From assembly GCF_037042905.1 (NCBI RefSeq), contig NC_087250.1:27158001-27222000 (forward strand): a stretch of DNA of 64,000 nucleotides, written 5' to 3'. Position 1 is the first letter of the stretch. Each line of letters starts with the position of its first letter. The notes beneath the pieces were generated by a model. The model was given only the letters and a program-made list of their open reading frames with translations, was not told where the DNA came from and did not search any database. Below, in pieces: positions 36,907 to 50,230 of this stretch. The DNA comes from Lytechinus pictus (Eukaryota). The position numbers and the translations under genes were made by a program.

Positions 36907-39900
36907 CCCGGCGGCGAAATTAATTTTCCCACCGAGTTCTAGACCAACATATGAATATTCATGACTTGCGTCTTCGGATTAAGAGTACGCATGCGCGTGG
37001 ACTTTGCCTCGACCAGTGCCGGTCGTAAGCATTCACGTTCAGTTGCTCAGAATGAATTTAGCATCGTCAAATTACCGGTACCCTTACATAGTTACATAGG
37101 CCTTGCAGGCTTAGATCTATATGTATATATCCAATTCTTAAACATTTATCACACTAGCTGCCATTAATGGCAAGACATGTGCTAGGCTAGGGCTCGCTTA
37201 GGCTAGCGTATTAACTTTACCTCAAATCTGGACCTGTCTAATGCCTAGTACTAATCAGTGTTGTAGTTCCTTGATGCTCGGCCTTGGCCTTAAGGCGCCT
37301 ACTTTTTCAAATCCTTGGCCTTGAACATTCAAGCCTTGGCCTTGAGGATATTGAGCCTTGAAATTTCAAGGAATTTTCAAGGCCTTTTCAAGGCATTTTG
37401 TACTTTCACTGTTTTAAATAAGTAATTATAAATTTTTCAATTGTTTTTTTAAAATATATTTAATGACACTAATGGTCAATACTACCAGTCACCAGTAACA
37501 TTAGCAGCAACAGTAGTAAGTGTACTAGCAGTGTCAACAATTGTAATTGTCACCATTCCCAAGAATTTTCAAACAAAGAATACATCAGTTATGAGAAATA
37601 GCATTATGTATTGGTATTGTGTTGTAATCATGACTAATGATGATAATGACAGTAAATAATAATGATCATGATCAAGATAATTTAGTGCTTTGATGACAAG
37701 AATACATTTGACATCTGACTGCAATTTTGACAACAATTTTATTTACTTTAAACGTAGCTTACTCTAAAGAACGATAACAAGATTGATTTCTATTCCATCA
37801 TTTAGGATTTTCCTTGTATTATTTTCTTTGGCCAACAAGATTGTTTTAAGTCTTAATGATATTCTGAAAAAATTTGGTAAACTTGAACACAAGCTTCAAT
37901 TTTGTCATATCCAAATGGGTTATGGCATGATAAGCCAGAAACTTTGAGGGCCAAGCCTGGCATATAGAGCAACATTTCTGTAAAAAAAAAGAAGAAAGCG
38001 ATTGAAGCGAGCGAGTGAATAAATTTGTCCCCCTCTTTCTATAGGAAAAGCTAATTTTGCGATAGATTGTTTAAAAAATAATATCACATTCACTCCATCT
38101 TTTCCTTTTCTTTTCCCCCCTTGTCTAAGTTTATTCGTGGTGGTGGAACTTTTTCTTCTCTCTATCTCTTTCCTAAATTGTATATTTGTTTTGGGTCAGA
38201 TTGACAAAACAAAGGGGGAAAATGTTTACTTCTTTTTAATCATTTATCGTTCAACAGTGAATTTCATTTCTCTACAGTTTCATTGAAACAAACAACGTAT
38301 TTGTTTTTGTGTCAATATGGCTTCAAAAGAAATAATAATTAATGATAAAAATAATAATTGAATAATTGATAATTATCAATATTATCAATAAGTATTAATA
38401 ATCAATGAATGGATAACTGTTTAAAGAAATAATTAAGATTTACCCTCTCCCAACTAAGGGTATGGGGTGCGCCCTGTTTATTTTATATCCTTTTGAATAT
38501 AACTTTATTTTGTAAGTATTCTTTATTCTGTTTTTAAGGTAAAATAAGTGTAGAAGATACAAGAAATAAGAATTGAAATTTAAAAGTGGTCAGTTGTAAG
38601 CTGAAAAAAATATGAAAACTGACAAGAGTCCTAAAAATGACTCATTTTCAGTTTTAGCATTTGAAAATTTTAGCTTGCGCTCTGTGCTCTCTTCCCCCCG
38701 CCCCCCCTCCCCCCCAAAAAAAAATTCCCTGTAGGATTTTTTTTTCAAAATGAAATATGCCCTTTAAAAAAAAAGAAATATACCTTCTTAAATAATAAAA
38801 CATAATACATTTTAGGTTCGAAAATCACAGATTTTGCATCGTGCTTGCATCAGTTATTGTTTAGTACTAATCCTGCTCATGGTTACAAAAATGTATAGAA
38901 TGTTGCTTTATGGTTGGAATATCACAATTTTTTGGCTCGCTTCCTGCACTCCATCAATTATTTACTCGTTCTTCCCGTAAACAAAAAATGCCTAGAATGT
39001 CCAGTTTTCAGGTTGGAATATCACAAATTTTTGAGCTCGCGCTTTGCACTCGCATTTATTTTCATTGGTGAGTTATGTATCTTATTCAAAATGCAGTAAT
39101 TAACTGCTTCCTTTACTGGTCAGTACATAAAAAAAATTAGCGGGCGTAAAATTATTTTTTAGTTAGATACACATCTTTTTCATGATTACAAAACCAGCTA
39201 AGAATATTTGATTTCCATGTCTTATTACACGACATGTCAAGAAGTTTGAGCTGGTGGTTCGCGCTGGCAATATTGCGCAAGGATGCCCTTTAACAATGAT
39301 TAGCCCCATAATTGACCATAAATCAAGTTTTACAACTTCAGAATCACTTTTTTTCAAAACCGCTTGCTCGCTATGTTTTGTCGCTGAAAAGTAAAACCTA
39401 AATCAAAATATCTATCTTATAATTAAAAATCACTTTAGAAAGCCTTTGCTCAACTTAATTTCTACAAAACACACAATTACTTCACGCAGTTCATGATCTC
39501 ATTTTGAAAATACATGTATCTGTTTGCACAAGAAACTCATTTTGATAAATGAGTGCCTTTTGGCGTTGACCCCCCCCCCCCCCAATAATAATTTTCTGCT
39601 GCCCCTGTCCCAGGGAGTGGAGAAAAACATACGTTGAGAATGCCAGGATCAGATGTAGGCTAATCAGATGACCGTGGTAATAATTATTATTGCAATGTTA
39701 ATCGCCTAGAAAAAATTATGGATTATGTGTACACAGGTAACTATATCATTATTTTAGTATGTCTCTATCATGAAATTATTTTTGTTTTAAATGTAAAAAG
39801 GTTATTTTTTCTCGCTCAGTCCCCTCGCTCACATATTCTACCATGTGTGATGTCTGCCGCCTAAGTATTGTTAGTTCGTTGTTAATGCGCTAGCCTATGG

Positions 39901-40132
39901 ATATATATATATATAAAGAGAGAGAGAGAGAGAGATCTAAGCCTATAAGGCCTATGTAACTATGTAAGGGTACCGGTAATTTGACGATGCTAATTTAATC
40001 TGAGCAACTGAACGTGAATGCTTACGACCGGCACTGGTCGACGCGCATGCGTGCTCTTAATCCGAAGACGCTAGTCATGAATATTCATATGTTGGTCCAG
40101 AACTCGGTGGGAAAAATAATTTCGCGACCCGG
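36907..40132. mobile_element. 3.2-kb element bounded by ~215-bp inverted repeats, no coding capacity
   Basis: 36907-37120 is the reverse complement of ~39932-40132 with high identity. No TSD seen. Confidence 0.75.
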
Positions 40133-40134
40133 AC

Positions 40135-40480
40135 GTCAATTTGATGTTTGAACTAGGCGGCGCCAAAATGATGTTCGAACTATGGGGCGCCGAACTGATG
40201 TTTGAACAGGGAGGGGGGCGCCAAATTGATCTTCGAACTATGGGAGCGCCGAATTAATGTTCGATCTAGCGGGGCACCAAATTGATGTTCGAACTAGAGA
40301 AGCGCTAATTTGAATTTTGACCATAATGCGACAAATACATGTTTCAGAGGGGGGGGGGGGGATGGAGGGCAAAGTTATATTTCACATTGGGGGCGCAAAG
40401 TTTATGTTCAACCGAGGGCGCCAAATTGACCTTGGACTTAGGGGGCTTCATGCAAATTCATTTTCGACCGGGGGCGCAAC
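40135..40480 (+). repeat. Degenerate ~30-bp tandem repeat (gcgccaaattgatgttcgaactatgggg)
   Basis: Six or more diverged units at 40135-40315 and further units to ~40480. Confidence 0.7.
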
Positions 40481-43400
40481 ATTGCTCGTATTGCCTGTTT
40501 ATAGTGAAATATATTCAATTCAATTGAATTCAAATAAACATTTATTTTTTTTCCATTTCAAACATTTTTCATATACATTAGTTCATACAAAAATCAATTT
40601 GTTATAAAGAATATAAATATGTACATGTTTGATATAAAGAAGAAGGCGTATATGCCCTAAAAGCCGAGGCTTGTGGCGGGATATGCCTATAGACAGAAAT
40701 ACAATACAAAAATATTACAAAAGAAGGGGCAGAGAAAAGAGAAGGAAAGGGAACTAGAGCTTAAATTGATGCGGCTGAATTAAAATATCCCGTTTTTACG
40801 ATAATAGACAAAAACAATGTTTTCGAGTTTTAAGTCTGGTTAGCGAGATAGATATCCTGTTCAGGGTCACAAAAAGGGGTAATTATCAAATTCAGCTCGC
40901 GCTACGCGCTCGCAATATTTCATCAATGAGGTATGCATCTTCTTCATCAATCCCAAATGTAAGTGTTAGTGTTTTTCAAGTCAACATACATAGGCCGATC
41001 CAAGGGGAAAAGATTTTGCCCCCCACCCCATGGTGGCGCAAAAAAGGGATAAGAAACAGAAAAAAGAAGAGAAAAGGACTTTCAATTATAATAGGAATTA
41101 TACCTTAGTCCTTCTTAAGTCAGTATATAAAAAAATTGAGCTCGCGCTTCGCGCTGGCATCAATAAATTGTTAATTTACATACGCATCCCGACCTCACCG
41201 TTTTTTTTATGCGAACGAGAAGCACAAGCTGAAAATATTTGATATTCTAACCTGACAACTGAAAATGTATTTTTCGTTTTCATCATTATAAAAGTTTTCA
41301 GCTAGCGCTTCGCGCTCGCATTCATTTCTTAATATAAATGGATCGTGTTCATCATAACAACTATACTAACATAGGCGGATCCAGGGGCCCCGAGGGCCCC
41401 TCCCCCTATTGGCGGAGCAAATAAATTGGGAGAACGGGGAAAGAAAGAAAAAAAGGGGGAAAGATAGGAGAAAAAAAAGAAGACGAAACATAAAAGGAGG
41501 AAGACGAGTATATAAGATTATCAAAATATTTCTTTTTCAGGTGTCTCGATTCTAAAGAAATGGTCAATGCTAACGCTGTGCTCTCGCATTTTTGTGAGTT
41601 ATGTACACCTTATATATTAATTCTATAACAAACTACTTAAATCCCCACCCCCCCCCCCCCATTTAAAATTTTCGGTTCGCGATTTGCTGTCGCGTTATTT
41701 GCTAAAAATATATCAACCAATGAATCATATTCATGATTACAAAAATACTTAAAATTTCCAGTTTTCAGGCCTCGTACACTGTCAACAAATTTCACACATT
41801 CATTATGCTTATTAGATTAATAAATATGAAATAAAATTGTTATGAATTAATAACTAAGTTGTCCCTTTTTCATAAATAAATATCGACACGTTTTTGGAAA
41901 AAAATTGAAGATAGTCATCATACTTTTATGATGACAAAATATCATCAGGCCTAAAACGTCTCGATCCGGGTTAAAATAATAATAAAATATCAGGTCACGC
42001 TTCGCGCTCGCATCATTCATTTAGTGCTATCCACATAGTGCTTAAATTGACTCATTTCATATCGGAATTTCAAATATTATTTTCAGCTCGCGCTCTGCAC
42101 TCGCATTATTGATTTTCATGATGAAAAATGGAATGTATTCAGTATGCAGGTTCTGAGATACACAGCTTGATCTTATTCAAAACGTACTAAAATTATCAAG
42201 TTTCAGATCAGAATATCAAAAATTTTCTGCTCGCGCTTTGCGCTCGCATTATGAAGATACCAAAAATTACCCATCCTTTTTCATGATTGACAAAACATGA
42301 TTCGAGTGTCCCGTTGGGGGGTTTAAAATCTCATCTTTTTAGGTTGGAATATGAAATATGTTCAGCTCGCGCTTCGCGCTCGCATTATGTTATCGTTGAA
42401 ATATGTATCGTCTTAATGGCTAACTGCAAAACGTCCTTAACAGGTCCCTTTTCGACTAGGCCAGGATGCATATTTAACACTTCTGATCGCGCTTTGCGTT
42501 CATGGCAATTATCTAGTTACATAACGCGTTCTGTTCAGGTACACAAACATTGCCCAGAATTTTCAATTTTCAGGACAAAATACATGAAATTTCATTTTTT
42601 TTAGGTGCATAGGGCTTATGAGATTATTACACATTTATGTTGTTTACAAAGTAAAGCGAGGAAATGAATGTTAGGACATGGGCGTTTTGCCCTCCCCACC
42701 CCCCCCCAAAAAAAAGAATTACGAACAAGAAAAAAAAGGGAGAAAGGTAAAGGGATTAGGATGAAATATATCATTTTCCAAATATTATGTCAAAATCTAT
42801 CAAAACCTTGTATTTTTGTAATAAAAATGTCAGCAAATTTGTTTGCTCGCTTCGCTCACTGGAAACTTCTTATTACTTTTATGCGATACGCCATATCGAG
42901 CCCCCTCAAAATTGTTGGCTCATTACGCCAATGGAACAACCCCTTCAAAGAAACAAAACAAAAAATCAACATTGAGCGGCCGATCGGGGAAAATATGGGT
43001 GAAAAAATCGCCCCTCCTTATTTGCGGAAGCTGGGTCCGCCCCCGGAATTAGGCTTTCAGGATAAAATACATGAAAAATAAAAAAAAATCAGATCGCGCT
43101 TCGCGTTCTCATTATTTATTTAGGCCTTGTGAAATACCTCAATGTGTTTTTAAAAATAAAATCTCAGATATTCTTTAACTTCTACCGCCCCCCTCATTTC
43201 ATTTATTTTTTAATCTTGGTACCCTCTACAAAAGTTCAACAAGACCCCCCCCCCCCCACCTCCCGTGCACCCATGCTGAATAAATACGCCATAAATGAGG
43301 AGTATGATTCGATTGCTTCGAGATTGCATTATTCCCAAGAAGTTATCATGAATATTATTGAAGGCTATTCTAAAACAACTAGTAAAGAAATTACAGCTCC

Positions 43401-43733
43401 CGTTCACACAATATTCTAGTAGGGCCTACTCTGGTGAGAAGTTTAACCAAATTGAAACCCCCCCCAAAAAAAAAAATCGCTGACGCTTTGCGCTCCCACT
43501 GATATTTCATTATACATGTATATTCATGGTTTTTTTTTTCAAGAACACATGAAAAGAGTGGTCTTTAATTGCCTTTTTTAATGTGATTATAAGATAATTC
43601 AGAATCCATTTAAGGCACTTAAGTTAGCCTGGCTGGGAGGGAGTGGGTGCCATTTTTAGAAAAGTACACATGGGCGCCAAGAATCAGGTCAAATCTGCCC
43701 CCCCCCTTCTCACGAAATCCTGGATCCGCGTCT

Positions 43734-44396
43734 GGGTTCTATAACAATAACCCAATTAGGGCAATCATCCCCTGACAACTACTTGAAGGAAAATATGATC
43801 CCCATATTTTTACCACCGGGGACTGTTACCCCCGGAAATTTACCCTCCAGACAATTACCCCGGATAATTACCCTTAGTACGGAGCCTTTACAATACCATC
43901 GACGTGATGACATGGCGTGATACTTTATCTTGCCATGTATAATTAATAAGCTTATTATTTCGACATGGCGATATATTCTATCTTGTCAAGTCGATATGTC
44001 GACATGGCGAGATATGAAGTGTACAAGTCCCGGCGAGAAGCCCGATATATCGCCATGTTGACATATAACTTGTTACAAGTCGACTTGGCAAGATAAAATA
44101 TCTCACCATGTTGACGTATAACTTTTTATATGTGGACCTGGCAGGATAACATATCTTGCCATGCGGACATAATAAGCTTATTTAGTCGACATGGCAAGAT
44201 AAAGTATCTCGCCATGTCGTCAAGTCAATGGCATTTGAAAGGCTCCGTACTAGGGGTAATTGGCGTCTAGAGGATAAATTTTCGGGGGGGGGGGGGGTAA
44301 CAGTCCCCGATGTTAGAAATATGGGGATAATATTTTCCTTGAAGTCCATGTAGTCGTCAGGAGGCGATTGTCCTTTGGGTCATCGTTATAGAACCC
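43734..44396. mobile_element. ~660-bp composite palindrome (fold-back element with a nested palindromic MITE 43878-44249)
   Basis: Outer arms gggttctataac … gttatagaaccc, inner arms tacggagcc … ggctccgta with internal gacatggc repeats. Confidence 0.8.
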
Positions 44397-44476
44397 CATG
44401 GACTCGTATCATTTACCTTTTGACCCGTCTTCATGACATTGGATCTCACTATATCCTGATCATAATTTTACACACA

Positions 44477-44595
44477 CCGCGGACTATCGGACCCGCGGAC
44501 AATCGGACCCGCGGTCTATCGGACCCGCGGTCTATCGCACCCGCGGACTATCGGACCCGCGGTCTATCGGACCCGCGGTCTATCGGGCTGTAACC
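44477..44595 (+). repeat. 16-bp tandem repeat (GCGGWCTATCGGACCC) x7
   Basis: Direct inspection. Confidence 0.9.
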
Positions 44596-45302
44596 GATAT
44601 TTCGATCTGTCAGAGAACAAGAGTCGATTTGTTGATATGGTTTTTAATTGATTTCTTAATATAGTTTTACTATTGGCAAAAGGAGATATGTGTGTGGGGG
44701 GGGGGGGGGGTCCACGGAACCGTAGTGCCCCCTCTTATATCGTTTCGACCTTATAGGTTGGCAATCAACTCACTACAGATACCAGGATTTCATTTATTTG
44801 TTTACTCAGTACTCTGCTGAAGTCAAAGGTTAATATAATGTTGTCTTTTTTGGCCAAGCATGCACAAATCTAACTCGGCCCTATGGCTGGTTTGTGTGCA
44901 GTTTACAAGACGCATAAAAGCTCGAAACTTGATAGCCTGGAGCGAAGAGACCGATCGCTCGTGGGGCCCTCTTGTATTTTAGGGAGAGATTGAGGATTTA
45001 GGGCAAATTATTGGGCCTTTATTTAATTTTCAGCACCATTCACCTCACCTGAGTCGATCGAGTGCAGCACAGTGCGGGTAAATTTCTTGCTGAAAAAACA
45101 GAGAGGGCATCAGGTTGTCGCGGACCCACCCCCACATCCCCGTTTGCCAACACCAAAACTGTACTTTGTAATGTTTGTAATGCTACAACAATCTAAGCCA
45201 TGTACGGCCATGCTTAGTTGGTCTGGATTGGTTTTGACTGTAGCAATATGTTTTGGTTTTGATTTGTTTCTTTCTACATGTAACCCAGATTAACAGGAAG
45301 AC

Positions 45303-45579
45303 ATGGAAGATTTTGATGAACTTTTGATCAAAGTTGCCAAACGAGTCCAACAAAACTCGGAAATCGACACATTAGGAAAAAAACTTGAATTCCCTCCAGA
45401 AGATGTTGGACGTTACATAGCAACTAATCACAAAACACAAAACATTACTTGGGATGGAACTCTTCAGATGCTCCGGGATTGGCGTAAAGGTCAAGAAATT
45501 GCTAAAGAGAGAGATAATTTGGAGACTGCTCTGAAGAAAGCAGGTCAACTTCGTCTTGCTGAGGAACTCTTTCCTTCAA
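45303..45579 (+). CDS. Coding exon 1 of gene B: N-terminal DEATH domain
   Basis: FDELLIKVAKRV…EIDTLGKKLEF…DVGRY…GTLQMLRDWR…LETALKKAGQLRLAEELF is a classic death-domain pattern (ML..W, L..AL, LAE.L). Acceptors at 45288 and 45296, in-frame TAA at 45291 upstream of the ATG, A|GTAAGA donor (phase 1). Confidence 0.88.
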
Positions 45580-46206
45580 GTAAGATAAAGAAAATAATAT
45601 TGAAACTGTTAAAAATCTCATTTATTAGGAAGAAGCATCAAGGTTTTTTTCTTCTGACAATGCATTACATGTTTCATACTATTACACCATGCTTATTATT
45701 TTGTTGTTTTTGATGCTATAGTAATTGTCTCTCTTTACTACTCCATGACGATAATGATGAAAATAATAATAACAGTCAAAATAATAATACTAAAAAAATA
45801 ATGATAATAATATAAATAATAATATCAATAATAATAATAAAAGTACTGATGATAATAATAATAATAACAATAAACAAAATAATCATAACAATAATAATAA
45901 TGATAATAATAGTAATACAACTAAAATTCATATTTTTTAGATAGTGAAATACATTGTGAATGCAGTTGGTTTTCTAAAAGCAGTTTCCCCACAATCCTTT
46001 TTTTTCCATTGTTTATGTAGAAATGTAAAAAATTGTTAGCTCACGCTTCGCGCTCGCATTTTTTGATTGTTAAAATATATACGTCTCCATGGCTAAGTGC
46101 AAGCAGCCCTTACTGGTAGGGCCTACTTTTAAACAGTTCAAAACGTACATAAAAGTTATCTGCTCCCGCTTTGCGCTCGCATTATTAATTTAAGGAAGAT
46201 CCCCAA

Positions 46207-48989
46207 TTACTCATCCTGATCATGATTTCCAAAACATGAATAGAGTGTCTCGTTTCTAGGTCTAAATCTCGAAATTTACCGCTCGCGCTTCGCGCTCGCA
46301 TCAGTTGTTAAGTTATATATCTATTCTGTTTAAGTTACAAAAAGGGCTTGTAATGTAACGTCTTCATGGCTAACTGGAAGCAGTAGGTAGGCCTGCCTTT
46401 TCGATCAGTTCAAATCGTGTATCAAAAATTTCTGCTCGTGCTTCGCGTTCGTAGTCAGAAGCGGATCTAGAGGGGGGGTTGGGGGGGTTGCAACCCCCCC
46501 AAAAAAAAAATCCGGGGACCATTTTTTTAAATCTTATCTTTTTTTAAAAACTTTTCATGGGGGTTAATTTGGCAACGACCTCTATACCAAAAAGAGTGGT
46601 GTTTTAGATGCAAGAAAACGCCATTTTCACACACAGATTTTCAAAAATTTTCCCTACTGTGGGAGGGGGGACACCCCCTCTCACACCCTCCCCCCTCGCT
46701 CGCTCCGCTCGCTTGGACTCGGTCGCTACGCTCCCTCGCATACCACCCCAACCCCCCCTTTATAAAAAGCTGGATCCGCCCCTGGTAGTAATTATGTAGT
46801 TGCAAACACATCTTTTTCAGGATACCAAACATTGCCTAGAATGTTCAAATTTTAGGAAAAAAAATATGTTAAATTTCAAAAAAAATTGCTGGCGCTCCGC
46901 GATCGCATTTTATAAATAAGGATTACGATATTATACATTTATGTTGATTTATAATAATAAAACTAAGAAGTAACTACTAGGACTACACCCTTTAAAGAAA
47001 CAAACAAAAATCATGTTCGAAAGGCCGACCGTGGGAAATATAGCTGAAAAAAAAATTCCGCCCCCCTTCCCTATTGGCGAAGGCTGGATCCGCCCCCGTG
47101 TTCTGTAGACATACAGTTACCGAACCATTGTATTCTCACTCACAAGTAATAACTCCCGGGGTGGGGGACGGGTAATCAGAACAATGGACATTCATGGAAG
47201 GAGGGGGGGGGGGGCGACGTTACATATTGTAATACAATTCATTTATTCTCTTCTGATATCATTTACTACATCATTTTGACACCAGTACTATATACTACTT
47301 CATGCTGGAATTAAATTTCACTCATCAAACACTCTAGCCGATCATTATCTTTTACTTTAATAGAAGCAACCAAGATTCCCATTTACATTGACGAGTGGAT
47401 ACCATGCGCGACCCAAACAATAAACACGTAAAAAGGATATCCTTTTCAAGATAGGGCACATCAGGTACGTAATGTAATAAGGGTGTCAAAAACACTTAAA
47501 TAATGAAAAAAAGGTATCAAATTTGCTAGGAAAGCTACGTGTTTAGGGTCAAATTTTCGGCGGTAAAAAGAAAAAAATGTTAAATGATGTACTTTTTGAC
47601 CCGACAGTCAACACTACGTGTTTAGAGTCCGATTGGCTTGAGACGTGGGAGTTGGGGTCGTACTAATAACTAAACCAAATGATGTTGGTAGAACCGATGT
47701 CCAACATATCGCTGTACTCGTTGTTTAGGGTTTCAATTCAGGGAATACTTGCGAAGGGTATCGTTACTCATCCTGATCATGATTTCCAAAACATGAATAG
47801 AGTGTCTCGTTTCTAGGTCTAAATCTCGAAATTTACCGCTCGCGCTTCGCGCTCGCATCAGTTGTTAAGTTATATATCTATTCTGTTTAAGTTACAAAAA
47901 GGGCTTGTAATGTAACGTCTTCATGGCTAACTGGAAGCAGTAGGTAGGCCTGCCTTTTCGATCAGTTCAAATCGTGTATCAAAAATTTCTGCTCGTGCTT
48001 CGCGTTCGTGGTAATTATGTTGTTGCAAACACATCTTTTTCAGGATACCAATCATTGCCTAGAATGTTCAAATTTTAGGAAAAAAATAATATATTAAATT
48101 TCAAAAAAATTGCTGGCGCTCGGCGATCGCATTTTATAAATAAGGATTACGATATTATACATTTATGTTGATTTATAATAATAAAACTAAGAAGTAACTA
48201 CTAGGACTACACCCTTTAAAGAAACAAACAAAAATCATGTTCGAAAGGCCGACCGTGGGAAATATAGCTGAAAAAAAAGTTCCGCCCCCCCCCCTCCCCT
48301 ATTGGCGAAGGCTGGATCCGCCCCCGTGTTCTGTAGACATACAGTTACCGAACCATTATATTCTCACTCACAAGTAATAACTCCCGGGGTGGGGGACGGG
48401 TAATCAGAACAATGGACATTCATGGAAGGAGAGGGGGGGCGACGTTACATATTGTAATACAATTCATTTATTCTCTTCTGATATCATTTACTACATCATT
48501 TTGACACCAGTACTACATACTACTTCATGCTGGAATTAAATTTCACTCATCAAACACTCTAGCCGATCATTATTGTTTACTTTAATAGAAGCAACCAAGA
48601 TTCCCATTTACATTGACGAGTGGATACCATGCGCGACCCAAACAATAAACACGTAAAAAGGATATCCTTTTCAAGATAGGGCACATCAGGTACGTAATGT
48701 AATAAGGGTGTCAAAAACACTTAAATAATGAAAAAAAGGTATCAAATTCGCTAGGAAAGCTACGTGTTTAGGGTCAATTTTTTCGGCGGTAAAAAGACAA
48801 AAATGTTAAATGATGTACTTTTTGACCCGACAGTCAACACTACGTGTTTAGAGTCCGATTGGCTTGAGACGTGGGAGTTGGGGTCGTACTAATAACTAAA
48901 CCAAATGATGTAGGTAAAACCGATGTCCAACATATCGCTGTACTCGTTGTTTAGGGTTTCAATTCAGGGAATACTTGCGAAGGGTATCG
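46207..48989 (+). repeat. Near-identical ~1.23-kb tandem duplication in the intron (46207-47763 and 47764-48989)
   Basis: Both copies start ttactcatcctgatcatg and end gcgaagggtatcg. Copy 1 carries an extra MITE. Confidence 0.92.
46456..46784. mobile_element. MITE with 5-bp TSD present only in duplicate copy 1
   Basis: cagaagcggatc … gatccgcccctg flanked by GTAGT. Empty site gttcgtggtaatt at ~48005. Confidence 0.85.
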
Positions 48990-49478
48990 TTTTGCTTCCA
49001 ATACTTGTTAAAAGGAGGGTTTCACACGCCAATACTTGTTAAGGGGTGCATTTTCAGAATATGAAAAATACATGTTTATGGTGCTTTTCGGGACCCCATG
49101 GTCACGCATGGTATCCACTCGTCAATGAAAGTGGCCCCCGGGAGTTCCAAAGAGGCGACATGAAAGAGAAATGTTAAAGAATTTATGGATGTTTAATGTC
49201 CAGTTTTCAAGTAAATATGCACAGATTATTTTCGAGATTCGAGTTGTCATTATTTGTTAATTTTTCATAATATTAATAAAAAATAAATTCTCGAAATTAA
49301 TTGAGATTATAATTAAATGAATGTACAGTTGATATTGATGTAATATAATTGGATGATTAGATGTAATGAAACTGTTGTTGAAGACGAAAATATTTTATCA
49401 TATATCTTAGAATAGGTAATCATTCATTCGGATCTGTATATAGAACTGTATAAATGTGACGTATTTTTTGTATTTTAG

Positions 49479-50000
49479 ACACCATGGATCTTACTGGAGT
49501 GCGCAGGAAACCGAACGGTGATGACCCTTCATCGAACACCGCCCTCTCTCAAAATGAATTCTACGACATTTATCTCTGGGCATCGTCTAAAGATACAGAC
49601 TATTTTCGTAAAATGAAAGATTGTATTCATTCCAATAGATGGAAAATGACATCTTGTTTTGATCATAAGTTGGGTGAACTAGTGACGCAAAGCATCGAAA
49701 ATGCTCTCTTGAAATGCTCCCACATGGTATGTTTGATCACAAAAGATGACTGTAAAACAGACAACCTTCAACAGCTTATGACAATAGAGATGGCGATTCA
49801 GTCGCTTCCACGAACGACAGGAAAAGGATTAGAAGGCCGGGTTATTCCTATCCGTTGTGACGTTCCAGAATCTTTTCTTACTCCTAAACTGAAGGCATTG
49901 ACAGGAGCGAGTATTAAAGATCGCGACCTTGAAGAAAGACTAAGGAAAAGTATTAATACGAACATCCGGATGGAGAGAGAAGAAAAGGAGAATGTCACAG
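49479..50000 (+). CDS. Coding exon 2 of gene B: TIR domain
   Basis: ttttag| acceptor (phase 1) and G|GTGATT donor (phase 1). YDIYLWASSKD (box 1), DHKLGELVTQSIENALLKCSHMVCLIT (BB-loop/alphaB/betaC), RVIPI (betaD), TPKLKAL. Confidence 0.82.
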
Positions 50001-50230
50001 GTGATTTGATAGATTTATTTTCCCTACCAAAGGTATATTATTATTTGGCACATTGTGGTTATGTATGGGTAGTTTTACTCTAAATAGTCTACATCTATGC
50101 ACTACACTCAACCATCCGTAGCAAAATACACAGCGATGTAAAAAAATTCGACCCCGCTCTCCTCAAATCATCACTAACATGATGGTAATAAATAAATAGG
50201 ATTTAGGATATCATGGATATAGGAATGATA

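Noticed and set aside
45580..45713. C-terminal tails of ORFs 45303-45713, 49484-50083 and 4047-4343
   Set aside because: They are read-through into introns past consensus donors.
47364..47400. Possible small extra exon (taatag|AAGCAACCAAGATT…) between DD and TIR
   Set aside because: It runs into a repeat, has no convincing donor, and is duplicated at ~48588.
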